Source of the DNA: Hydrurus foetidus
Taxonomy: Eukaryota
DNA length: 64,000 bases
Assembly (NCBI GenBank): GCA_900617105.1
Contig: UYFQ01000001.1
Span: 1,674,001 to 1,738,000, forward strand
Direction: 5' to 3'
Positions 1-9,233 of this stretch are shown here, one piece after another (position 1 is the stretch's first letter; each line of letters starts with the position of its first letter). The translations under genes and the position numbers were made by a program. The notes beneath the pieces were generated by a model. It made no database searches. It was not told the origin of the DNA and saw only the letters and a list, made by a program, of their open reading frames with translations.

Positions 1-706
1 GCCCGTCAACAGACCTACTTAGTTTTGCCAGTTGCTTAAGAAATTCGTCTGTGATTGAACCGGGTACATAACGCACCTCGGGCTTCTTCAGATCACGTGC
101 CCGTATCAATACACGGGCAACCCAAGCGTAGATTGCATACTGGTTTTCTTCTTTGGTCACACCAGTAAGAGTTTTTCTGAGAAGTACCGGCGCACTTTGA
201 ATAGAGGTACGACTAAAAAACGAGCGGATAAGTTGCTCGCCACTCTTACCCTCAGCAAGTTCTGCGTCGAACCAGCCCCGCTTCTGCATTTCCTTGATCG
301 GGAATTTTTTCCAATCAACATTAGCAGTATCAGCCTCATCGTGTTTGGGATGACCGATCAGAATTTCAGCGGGAATTTTCAACTGCTCATGAATTGCCCG
401 AATCATCTCAATTGTCAGCCCACGCTTGCGCGCCAAGACCTCAGACGCACGACTAGGACTACCAACGATTCGCGCAAAGTCTTTTTGCTTCAGACCCAGT
501 TCCGCAAGACGATAGACAATCGCCTCAATAGGATCTGGCGCTTCAAATTTGAAACGTGTTTCCTCAAATTTTTCAAGCAAAACCGAAATAACGGCGAGCC
601 GTTCGGCTTCACGACTACCTAGCATGGGATCAGAAAACGCCAGCTCCTTAGCTTGCTCAAGGAGAATGCCGTACTGAAGTTCGTCTCTAATTACTCGGAG
701 TTCCAT
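1..706 (-). CDS. HigA-type HTH antitoxin with long C-terminal extension (probably ImmA/IrrE peptidase fusion); runs off window
   Basis: Manual translation from ATG 706: MELRVIRDELQY...PDPIEAIVYRLAELGLKQKDFARIVGSPSRASEVLARKRGLTIEMIRAIHEQLKIPAEIL...DWKKFPIKEMQKRGWF; open to base 1; missing from ORF track. Confidence 0.8.
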   Translation of the reverse strand, partial: MELRVIRDELQYGILLEQAKELAFSDPMLGSREAERLAVISVLLEKFEETRFKFEAPDPIEAIVYRLAELGLKQKDFARIVGSPSRASEVLARKRGLTIEMIRAIHEQLKIPAEILIGHPKHDEADTANVDWKKFPIKEMQKRGWFDAELAEGKSGEQLIRSFFSRTSIQSAPVLLRKTLTGVTKEENQYAIYAWVARVLIRARDLKKPEVRYVPGSITDEFLKQLAKLSRSVDG

Positions 707-707
707 C

Positions 708-992
708 TTATGGACCCTGGAGCTGGGTTGCATGGGCTTCGTTAACTGCAAGCACGATTAGAATTCCATTGTTGAATGCGATCTGAGTTGTGATGACACA
801 GTTGATCGCAACGGGGTAAAAGCAAGCCATTTTTGGCGTCAGGAACTTGACCGCCGGAAAGCAGGAACTCACCTCTGACTTGTCAGCCCATGTTGCCCTC
901 TGGCTGATCGCCTGCCACATGGCGAGCGCCGTTCTGGCGGCGGGAAAATGCCTGCTGTGAGTGGTGATATGCTCGCGGCCAATCAAGATCAT
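708..992 (-). CDS. HigB-like toxin (divergent)
   Basis: MILIGREHITTHSRHFPAARTALAMWQAISQRATW resembles HigB N-terminus; stop 1 nt before HigA-like start. Confidence 0.6.
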   Translation of the reverse strand: MILIGREHITTHSRHFPAARTALAMWQAISQRATWADKSEVSSCFPAVKFLTPKMACFYPVAINCVITTQIAFNNGILIVLAVNEAHATQLQGP

Positions 993-1234
993 GGGAGAAG
1001 CATAGCACATATTCCCAATATGGGAATTTATTTCCCCAAATGGGAAAATAATTGCTTCGACGGAAGATGCCCACACCTAGCAATAGCTCTTCAAAAAATT
1101 CACAAGTCATTATTTGCATTGCAACTCGCAGAAACCAGGGGATGCAAAAACTTCCGCAAGATCGCTTCGCGGCCTCAGATCATTGCACCCCCTCGGCTTC
1201 GCCTTCACCCCGAAGAGCGCTCAAGCCCCCGGCT

Positions 1235-1948
1235 TCAGCAGGATTCAGGATTCAATTTTCGACGCAAATAGACCTCAACCTTAGAACCAATCTCTTCTGG
1301 GAGCTCGTCGCGCACGGCCATGTCAAGCACACCAGCCAACATATAGCGACACATCGGCTCGGTTTCACTCTCGGGGTAGTGTGGGAGCAATTGCCATAGT
1401 GCAATGACGGCAAGGACTAAAGAGGCCGGATACGGCACCATCTTCACGCGGTTTTCATCCGTGTCGGCTCGGAAGCCAGCCCTATAGGTCACCGCAAACA
1501 AGTTGGACTCCGAATCCTGAATCAACTCTTCAACATTCTTCCAGTGATGCAAGTACTCAGGAAGCAACGTTAGCCAGATTTGGTTCGCCTTGTCCCTGAA
1601 GCGAGATGCCCTAACGGATGTAAATCCGGTGCGAACCAGCTCCGTGTCTAAATGACTTTGACACGCATCGCGTCCGCCTTCCAGGATGCTCCAAAGGTTA
1701 AAGGCATCTGGACCTAGGTCATACCGGACCCGAGTGCCAGGCAGGGCCTGCTCCACCAAGTTCAGCGTCGCGTGACTTGGATTGCGTCTGCCTTGAACAT
1801 AGAGCGGGAATTCCAGCGAACTAACGTAGGCAAGCGCAGGCAGGTCAACCAATTCTGATACCGCACACCCTCCGGCCTCGGCTATTCCGGCAAGCCAAAA
1901 AGAAACGCGCATCGCGGTTAACTCATCCAACTGAACACTTCTAGCCAT
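1235..1948 (-). CDS. Hypothetical protein
   Basis: 237-aa ORF with GGAG RBS; no motif recognised. Confidence 0.65.
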   Translation of the reverse strand: MARSVQLDELTAMRVSFWLAGIAEAGGCAVSELVDLPALAYVSSLEFPLYVQGRRNPSHATLNLVEQALPGTRVRYDLGPDAFNLWSILEGGRDACQSHLDTELVRTGFTSVRASRFRDKANQIWLTLLPEYLHHWKNVEELIQDSESNLFAVTYRAGFRADTDENRVKMVPYPASLVLAVIALWQLLPHYPESETEPMCRYMLAGVLDMAVRDELPEEIGSKVEVYLRRKLNPESC

Positions 1949-2061
1949 TTCGACCTACTCCAGTTTTAACTTCTTGTCAACGTACGCTGCCAAGCGGTTG
2001 CACGGTGATGAAAAACTTCTGTTTCGATTGAATTGAGGTCTTCAACAACCAAAGGAACCAT

Positions 2062-3531
2062 ATGAACAAAGACGCAATTATCGATTCACTTTTCCCCACA
2101 ACATCTCCAGTGGTCGCAAGCACCCAGCCGCGTGCCTCCGTGCAAAGCTTGTACGCCGAAGACTGTGGAAACGACCGTTACACAGCCTGTGACGACGGGG
2201 TGGTCTATCGTTGGCAACAAGACTTCTGGCATGCCCAAACGCAGAAGCAAAGTAATACCGAAGCCATGAAATGGCTGAACAGGTTTGACCGCGCAAAAGC
2301 CACTGCGGCAGTCGCTCAGACTTGTGTGGATACAGCTTTGCTGTTGATGCGGCCCCTGCCGGCCCGTCCGCCAAAAAACATCACCATCGTTCCACTTCAA
2401 AACCGCTGGTTGTTTGTGGAGCCGGAAGGTCAAATCTGCGCCGTGGAGCCCGACTCTGCCGTCGGCATCACCCATCGCATTGCCTGCTACAACGATATTC
2501 CGGTCGGCCCCTATGTGCCTCAGCCGTTGAGTCCGAACTCGCTGTTTGCCAAGTTCCTGAATTCATCCCTGCCAGACCAGACGGTGCAGGATTTTGTGCA
2601 GGAGTACGTGGGCAGCACTTTCATCGCAAACAACCGTTTTCAGGTGGGCACTCTGTGGATTGGTGCAGGCAGCAATGGTAAATCTCTGCTCTTGAATGTG
2701 GTGCGTGCTTTGCATGAACGCTCTGCCGCCATCCGGCTCGATAAATTGGACGGCTTTGATTTGGAAGCTCTGGTGGGAGCATCCCTTGCCTACTGTGACG
2801 AGACACCTAAGTCCAAGATTAACCAACAAGCTTTGAAGTCACTTATCAGCGGAGGTTCGGTCCAAATCAATCGCAAGTTTTTGAAGCCTGTTAGTTACCG
2901 TTGTACAGCCAAATTCATCATTTGCAGCAATCATTTGCCAAGTGCGTCAGACCAGACTGATGGGTGGTGGCGTCGGTTGCACATCGTGGAGTGGAACCAG
3001 CAGATCAAGGGCAAAAATATTATCCACAACCTGGATGAGCGGATCATTGAAAACGAGCTGGGGGCCGTGCTGGATTGGGCTTTGCTCGGGCTGCAAAGGT
3101 TGCTTGCTCGCGGTGACTTCGCGGTACCCCAAGTCATGGAGCAGGCCAAGCAAGAAGCCATTCAATCTTCCAACACGGTCGCATCCTGGGCCGAGGCCGC
3201 CGGTGTGAGTCTAGCCCGTGTCTCCGGTCAGATGATTGCCAAGGTGGATCTGTACCAACGCTATCGTGATCACTGCCTTCAAGAAGGGGTCATGCCTGTG
3301 GCCAACCCTGAGTTCTTCAAGCGGCTGCGCACTCTGTTTCCGACCGCTGAGTCGGACCGGGTGGTGGCGAAGGTCAACGGGGTTAATCAACGGGCTCGCC
3401 GTTTGGGATTGGTGCTTGGTCGGTTTGATATTGAGCGGCCAGCAGACGACCCGAACGCCGAATTGAACGCCCTGCTCGCGGCGAACATCCCGACGGCTGA
3501 CGAGGATTTCGACCCATTCCTGAACAGGTAA
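2062..3531 (+). CDS. Phage/plasmid P4/D5-family SF3 helicase
   Basis: Walker A GAGSNGKS, Walker B YCDE, motif C IICSN, GWWRRLHIV; AAGGA RBS. Confidence 0.85.
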   Translation: MNKDAIIDSLFPTTSPVVASTQPRASVQSLYAEDCGNDRYTACDDGVVYRWQQDFWHAQTQKQSNTEAMKWLNRFDRAKATAAVAQTCVDTALLLMRPLPARPPKNITIVPLQNRWLFVEPEGQICAVEPDSAVGITHRIACYNDIPVGPYVPQPLSPNSLFAKFLNSSLPDQTVQDFVQEYVGSTFIANNRFQVGTLWIGAGSNGKSLLLNVVRALHERSAAIRLDKLDGFDLEALVGASLAYCDETPKSKINQQALKSLISGGSVQINRKFLKPVSYRCTAKFIICSNHLPSASDQTDGWWRRLHIVEWNQQIKGKNIIHNLDERIIENELGAVLDWALLGLQRLLARGDFAVPQVMEQAKQEAIQSSNTVASWAEAAGVSLARVSGQMIAKVDLYQRYRDHCLQEGVMPVANPEFFKRLRTLFPTAESDRVVAKVNGVNQRARRLGLVLGRFDIERPADDPNAELNALLAANIPTADEDFDPFLNR

Positions 3532-3698
3532 GACATGTCCAAGCTGTCCAGGCGAGCCAAGCATTCGATGACTTGGCCTGCCTGACAGTGACGGCGACTT
3601 GCTCATCGCGTTCAGCACCTGCCACGAGACGAAGTACATAAATCACCTGGCCAGCCTGGACAGGATGGACCCATAACCCAACTTTTAAGGTAACCAAA

Positions 3699-4046
3699 AT
3701 GACACTCAAAGAATTCACCCAGGCATTCAATGCCACCTTCACGCTGCGCCCCACCGGTGGCGGCTACACCTGCTACCACGATGACGACAGCTTCACTTTT
3801 TCCGTCACCATCCGCGAAGAGGAGTTGAGCTTTGGCGAGGCGATGGGCTACGGCAGGGAGAAGGAGCGACCCGTCATCGACCCGGTCGATGCGGTCTATG
3901 AAGCCTGCTACTGCGATGGCGACTCTTTGGAATCAGTTTCCATCTACGGCGGCAAATTCAGCGGTGCGACAGATGCGGAACAGCTTCGCAGTCTGCTGGA
4001 TATTGCATTCACACGAGATGAAGAACAGGCGGAGGACCGGTCATGA
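3699..4046 (+). CDS. Hypothetical acidic protein
   Basis: 115-aa ORF, AAGG RBS, ATGA overlap with next gene. Confidence 0.65.
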   Translation: MTLKEFTQAFNATFTLRPTGGGYTCYHDDDSFTFSVTIREEELSFGEAMGYGREKERPVIDPVDAVYEACYCDGDSLESVSIYGGKFSGATDAEQLRSLLDIAFTRDEEQAEDRS

Positions 4047-4618
4047 GCGCCGCCGACATCATCTGGGCTGACACTGATTGGCATTACTGGACGATGCCGC
4101 TCACCGGTTATCCGGTCAGCGAAACTGGCAACTACACACCCGAGGCGGGCTTCCACTACCAGATCAACAGCAGGAACCATGACCGTTTCAGTGTGTTGAC
4201 CGATACCGGAGTGGCTGAGCTAGAAGAGGCCGTCCAACACGGCAAGAAACTCATGCGTTGGCGGCTGCAGCACTTCAGCGATGACCACGCGACAGAGCTT
4301 GAATATCTCCTCAAGGCTGGTGCACTGGCCGAGCCTGATCCGTCATCGGTGGGTCTTGCGATGATTGCTCATCGGCACTGGATGGAAATGAAAAATTCTC
4401 ACGTGGGGGAGGTGCTGGTGCTGTACATGCTTCGGTTGCAGCTGACAGCAGATGAAATTGTGGATGACCTCATGGGGGAGATAAGCATGACGAGAAAAGA
4501 GCGTGATGAGCGATTCGCCATGTTTGTTGCACGCTGCAGTACAAAATTGCAGCATGAGCGATTGTCAGACTGGCTCAAACCGAAATCCCGTACCGAAGCG
4601 GAAAAAGTCAAAATCTAA
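4043..4618 (+). CDS. Hypothetical protein
   Basis: 191-aa ORF, GGAGG RBS, coupled to upstream ORF. Confidence 0.65.
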   Translation: MSAADIIWADTDWHYWTMPLTGYPVSETGNYTPEAGFHYQINSRNHDRFSVLTDTGVAELEEAVQHGKKLMRWRLQHFSDDHATELEYLLKAGALAEPDPSSVGLAMIAHRHWMEMKNSHVGEVLVLYMLRLQLTADEIVDDLMGEISMTRKERDERFAMFVARCSTKLQHERLSDWLKPKSRTEAEKVKI

Positions 4619-4882
4619 ACTTTACGGACTTGAACCGCACATCTCCAAAAGACACCACTCGTCGGAAACAGTTCACCGGGTCTTGCATTGCTGTCGTCAT
4701 CTGCTTGAATGGAATTAGGAAGTGAGAGAAAAAGAAGGGAGTGAGCAAGGTCAACCAGGCCGCCGAAGGCGAACTGGTCCTTGATGGGGTTTCCCCATGC
4801 CCCTTTCGAATTTCATTCCTGCTGGCGCGCAGACAAAGCACACCGGCACGGCAAAACAACAATAAAAAGAAAGGACGCCGCC

Positions 4883-5320
4883 ATGGATGACATCGATACC
4901 ACAGCCGACCACCACGAGGTCGCCAACGCCAAACTTGAACATCAGCCTGAACTAGCAGCTCACAGTAAACAGCAACATCTGCGCATACGCCGTGTAGAAA
5001 CCAGGGTCTCTCCTAGCGAACATGCCAGCATTTGCGCCCTCGCATCTGCACAAGGCTACAGCAGTGTTGCCCAATACGTTCGCCAGCAGGCTCTGTACGG
5101 TTCAGGCGTCTCTCCCTCAACCCAGTACAAGGCTCTAATTGCCTGCCAAGCCGAACTCAACGACATGACCGGCCATGTCAACCAGATCGCACGTCACCTG
5201 ACCGACGGAGAGCCCTTGGATGAAGAAATGCTCATGGTTCTGCTGCAAGTTCTGGACCTTGCGGAAGAAAATTTAAAGCGAATCACCCAGGAGAGCGACA
5301 AGCCTTCGGAGGCGATGTGA
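4883..5320 (+). CDS. mobC: MobC-like relaxosome accessory protein (RHH)
   Basis: RRVETRVSPSEH...GYSSVAQYVRQQAL and ELNDMTGHVNQIARHL motifs; overlaps relaxase start; ATG 4883 after AAGGA. Confidence 0.8.
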   Translation: MDDIDTTADHHEVANAKLEHQPELAAHSKQQHLRIRRVETRVSPSEHASICALASAQGYSSVAQYVRQQALYGSGVSPSTQYKALIACQAELNDMTGHVNQIARHLTDGEPLDEEMLMVLLQVLDLAEENLKRITQESDKPSEAM

Positions 5321-6714
5321 TTGTCCGCGTCTTCAAATCAGGCACGTCCAAGGGCGAGGCCCCGGTCAATTACCTGCTTAGCATGAAAGACCACTCGGGT
5401 CAGCCCCGTGAGATTGCACCGGAGGTCTTGGCTGGTCATCCAGCCACCACGATTGCGGTCATCAACGGCATCCAGCGCAAGCACCGCTACGTGTCAGGTG
5501 TTCTTGCTTTCCGGGATGATGAAAAGCCTACCCGCGCACAGATGTACGAGGTAATTGCCTCATTTAAAGAAACTGTTGCCCCTGGCTTGTCTGACCGACA
5601 CTTCAACAGCCTCTTCGTCCTTCATCTCGAAAAAGGGAACTCGGAAATCCACTGGGTTCTGCCCATGACGGAATTTGCAAGTGGGCGGGGTAAACGACTG
5701 AATGTGCACCCGCCCGGCGCACGTAACCTGGCGCTGTACGAAGCTTTTACCCAAGTCACTAACCAGAAGATGGGATACGGGCAGGTTGTCCCCGATCACA
5801 TGCGCGCCGCGATTTCGGTGACAGACCGCAAACTCCCCGGCAGCAGAGGCAAACGGCGTTCCGCCCACCTGCTGCAGCAGGAAATAGTCCAAGCAGTCCA
5901 GGCTGGCCACGCAAACAATAGATCGGAGCTGGTGCAATGGCTAAACAACGAACTCGGAGTCACGGTGACTCGGCAAGGCGAGGACTACTTGTCCGTAAAG
6001 ATGCCTGGTACCAGCAAGGCAATACGGCTCAGGGGCCCCTTGTTTGAAGCAAGAACAGATTACCGCTCATTGACTGTGTCAAAGAACGACAAGCCCGGCA
6101 CAGTCATGCTGACCGTGCCCGAATATCAGCAAGCCTTAGCCAGCTTGGACACCTTGGTCAATGAACGAAGAGAGTTCAACATCAGGACTTACTTGACCCC
6201 AAGAACCTTACCTCGTACCCAAGGCGCAGGCAGCGCCGCAGCCGCACTGAAACCTGCTACTGCGATGAATACGGCAACAAGAACAAGAACAACAACAAAG
6301 GAGATACCTATGCCCATCAAGACAACACCCCACACCCATCGCATCGTGGAAGATGCACTGACTATTGCCAAACAGGCAGACGACGAACATGTCAAAAAAC
6401 CAGCCATTGCCAGCGTGGAGCACGCCACGCAGCGCATGAAGGCCATGCGGGAGAGTGGAACTACAGAAGCTTCAACAATGCCGTCCACCACCATCAACAC
6501 CATCCACAGCATTCAGGCAGCTATTGGCGCATTGCAACAGTCTATCAATGCTGCTGTAGCGGATGTGGCGAATGCACGCACACCGGGTGAGGCAAAGAAG
6601 GTAGAGCAGCGATTAGCCGCCCTTTTGGAGCAGATGGCCCGATTGGAACAGCAGTTGCAGGATGCCAAGATTAGACAAATGAACGAAGCTCCAGTAAAAA
6701 AGTTAAAGCGGTAA
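5317..6714 (+). CDS. Relaxase, ColE1 MbeA-like (MOBP5/HEN-type)
   Basis: MIVRVFKSGTSKGEAPVNYLL (catalytic Tyr), YVSGVLAF, HLEKGNSEIH, TRQGEDYLSVK, IRLRGPLF. Confidence 0.85.
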   Translation: MIVRVFKSGTSKGEAPVNYLLSMKDHSGQPREIAPEVLAGHPATTIAVINGIQRKHRYVSGVLAFRDDEKPTRAQMYEVIASFKETVAPGLSDRHFNSLFVLHLEKGNSEIHWVLPMTEFASGRGKRLNVHPPGARNLALYEAFTQVTNQKMGYGQVVPDHMRAAISVTDRKLPGSRGKRRSAHLLQQEIVQAVQAGHANNRSELVQWLNNELGVTVTRQGEDYLSVKMPGTSKAIRLRGPLFEARTDYRSLTVSKNDKPGTVMLTVPEYQQALASLDTLVNERREFNIRTYLTPRTLPRTQGAGSAAAALKPATAMNTATRTRTTTKEIPMPIKTTPHTHRIVEDALTIAKQADDEHVKKPAIASVEHATQRMKAMRESGTTEASTMPSTTINTIHSIQAAIGALQQSINAAVADVANARTPGEAKKVEQRLAALLEQMARLEQQLQDAKIRQMNEAPVKKLKR

Positions 6715-6790
6715 CGTAGCAGTAGCACGAAATTGCTGAATGGGTGCGTGTGCCATGAGTCCTCCTTAATTTCAATTCACGAGCAATGAT

Positions 6791-7300
6791 TTATCGTTTG
6801 CCAGAAGCTTGTTTGATTTCTGTTGCAATAGTTTGCGCGAGTGCACGAGAAACAAAACTTGATAGCTTGACTTGAGTACCGTGGGTTTCCGCATACACAA
6901 AAGAAACGCCATCGGGTTTCGTCGCAGTGGGATGCTGCATCTCACCGATGTATGAAATGTCCTTAAATGGTAGATTTTTTCCATCAAACGAGAGCCCCTC
7001 ATTCGGCTTCACCAGAATCTGATTCCGAGTCGTGACGAAGAAATTGAAGACCATAGCAATGACGGCAACGGCGACAATTATTGAAACCACGTTCCAAGTT
7101 GGAAGTGAGAGGGTGTCATTTCTTGCTGCAGTAATACCTCCAACAAATGGAAAACTGACTGCACAAGATACCGGATACAGAATCAGTGGAAGAACGATTG
7201 CAAAGGCCGCTGGTAGGAGCCTGCGTGACTTAAAGCTTAGAAGAAATGAGCCATCAGCATTGACAGTCTTTTCATAGCCTTTTTTAAAACTACTCTCCAT
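6791..7300 (-). CDS. Two-TM membrane protein, paralog B
   Basis: Two hydrophobic segments; termini homologous to 7337..7852. Confidence 0.8.
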   Translation of the reverse strand: MESSFKKGYEKTVNADGSFLLSFKSRRLLPAAFAIVLPLILYPVSCAVSFPFVGGITAARNDTLSLPTWNVVSIIVAVAVIAMVFNFFVTTRNQILVKPNEGLSFDGKNLPFKDISYIGEMQHPTATKPDGVSFVYAETHGTQVKLSSFVSRALAQTIATEIKQASGKR

Positions 7301-7336
7301 GAGAATCCTTTGTTAATTTTGGATTTGAGTTGAAGT

Positions 7337-7852
7337 TCACTTCCACCGATTACCCGATGCACCTTTGATCTCGCCTGCAATAGCTTCAGCAAGAGCTAAT
7401 GGAACCCAGCCAGTAATGTTGATGTTGCTCCCGTGGGAAGCCGCGAAAACTTGGGCGTTACCTTCCAGATTTGAATTGGTAGTCTGGTGATTGACCCAAA
7501 TTCTTTGAATGTCTGAAAACGGCAATTGTTTCCCGTCAAAAATTAAACCTTCGCTTGGCTTAATTAGGAGGTTTGTTTTTTTTGTGGTCATATTTTTGAA
7601 GATCAAATAAATGACGAACCACGACCCGACCGCTAAGCCAATCCACGCCAAGAAAAACCCGGGAACGTTGGACGGAGAAATTTTCTCTGCAATGTAAAAG
7701 GTGAATATTGCACAGAACACAAAAACGATGATGAGTAGAAGAGGGTGACCAGTACTTTGTCCAGCGCCCCTTAAATTACCCTCCAGTGAAATTGCTATTG
7801 AGCCATCGCCATTGACTGTCTTGTCATAGCCTTTTTTAAAACTATTCTCCAT
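7337..7852 (-). CDS. Two-TM membrane protein, paralog A
   Basis: Start MENSFKKGYDKTVNGDGS aligns with MESSFKKGYEKTVNADGS of neighbour. Confidence 0.8.
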   Translation of the reverse strand: MENSFKKGYDKTVNGDGSIAISLEGNLRGAGQSTGHPLLLIIVFVFCAIFTFYIAEKISPSNVPGFFLAWIGLAVGSWFVIYLIFKNMTTKKTNLLIKPSEGLIFDGKQLPFSDIQRIWVNHQTTNSNLEGNAQVFAASHGSNINITGWVPLALAEAIAGEIKGASGNRWK

Positions 7853-7893
7853 AGGAACCCTTTGCTGTAAATTTCGAAAACAGAGTTGAAGCC

Positions 7894-8751
7894 CTAAACA
7901 CCAATGTTGTAAATGGCCTGCTTTGGTTTCGCAGGTTTGATTTTGGTCCACTTGGCGTAGCCACTCACATCAACACCCATACTTTGCAAAAGCACAGCCG
8001 CTGATTCTTTGCCTTCATCTTTTGCTGCTGAATACAAATTTGGTGGGGTGAACTTATCAGGTTTGCTTGTCACCATTTTTTGGTCGTTGAGGTCATATCC
8101 GTACTTCTGCAAAAGTAAAAACTGCTCTTTCAATTTTGGATATTCCCAGTTGATCATCATGAAAGGCAGTGCGAGTCCTTTGTTATCTGGCAACGGCATT
8201 CCTGATTGCAAAAACAATTCCATTGCCCTCAGGTCACCAGTCTCAGAGGTTTTCCAAAAGGTGCTTGAGTCCCACTTCAGCCCAAGATTGCGAAGCTCAA
8301 TCCTTGGATCAGTGCTTTTGCCATCACGAATTTGGGAAAGTGTTTGACCTTGCTTGTCCAGCTTTGACGAGATCTCAGCAGTTTGCTGATTGAGGTTCAA
8401 CAGGGACGATTGCAAAGCTCTTGCATCGTCTGAGTGAGCTGCCAAGAAGCCCTCAGCATGGCGACTAGAAGCCATTGCGCCCACTGAGAAGGCACCTGCA
8501 CAAATGCCTGCCGTAAGCACAAGGCTATTGGGAATAAAACGGTTGGAAGGCACTTTGAGAAGTCGCATTGCAACAATTGCGACGAACATCAACACAACAA
8601 AACCCGCTACATAGTTTATGTATGCGAAATGGGGACGGATAACGTCCATGATAGGAACGAGTACGCCTGTGCTGATGAACATCACTGCATTGACGGGGCC
8701 CAAATGCTCTGTGATGTTCTTACCCTGCCGAACATATGTACTGGTGTCCAT
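7894..8751 (-). CDS. Membrane protein: about 3 TM, coiled coil, ankyrin-like C-terminus
   Basis: Hydrophobic N-half, LQSSLLNLNQQTAEISSKLD coil, GDLRAMELFLQSGM and LLQSMGVDV ankyrin-like pieces; ATG 8751 after GGGAG. Confidence 0.7.
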   Translation of the reverse strand: MDTSTYVRQGKNITEHLGPVNAVMFISTGVLVPIMDVIRPHFAYINYVAGFVVLMFVAIVAMRLLKVPSNRFIPNSLVLTAGICAGAFSVGAMASSRHAEGFLAAHSDDARALQSSLLNLNQQTAEISSKLDKQGQTLSQIRDGKSTDPRIELRNLGLKWDSSTFWKTSETGDLRAMELFLQSGMPLPDNKGLALPFMMINWEYPKLKEQFLLLQKYGYDLNDQKMVTSKPDKFTPPNLYSAAKDEGKESAAVLLQSMGVDVSGYAKWTKIKPAKPKQAIYNIGV

Positions 8752-8879
8752 AGCCACTCCCAATTGATCTTTGTTGCTTGCTTGAGTCTCAACTTTAACG
8801 CAAACAAGTCATCCTGAGATGACCAATCAACCCGATTAGTACTTCTACTGACTGAGGTGGTACGCGACCATTTGAGTCT

Positions 8880-9221
8880 ATGAAAAAAGTCGCAGAAAAG
8901 GCTATCGGCCAGCGTGTAGGTAGGGCAATTGCTGAAAAGCGAAAAGCTCAGGGGATCACCCAAGAAACCATGGCCGAAAAACTGGGATTGGGGCTTGAAG
9001 CGATATCCCGGATGGAGCGCGGGACGATCATGCCGTCGATACCGAGGCTTGTTGAGGTTGCTGAAGTACTTAAATGTCCAGTCCAGGAACTGCTTGTAGT
9101 TGCGAGTGATCGCGCGATAGACCACAGCATTCAACTGACTCAACAACTAGGCCAAATCAAACCGAAGGACCGTGAGTTGCTATTGAATATTTTGGGGCAG
9201 CTGACTACCCGTCTGAAATAG
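8880..9221 (+). CDS. XRE-family HTH regulator
   Basis: RKAQGITQETMAEKLGLGLEAISRMERG. Confidence 0.9.
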   Translation: MKKVAEKAIGQRVGRAIAEKRKAQGITQETMAEKLGLGLEAISRMERGTIMPSIPRLVEVAEVLKCPVQELLVVASDRAIDHSIQLTQQLGQIKPKDRELLLNILGQLTTRLK

Positions 9222-9233
9222 GGCAACCTACAT

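Noticed and set aside
197..622. 141-aa plus-strand ORF
   Set aside because: Antisense shadow of the HigA-like gene on the minus strand
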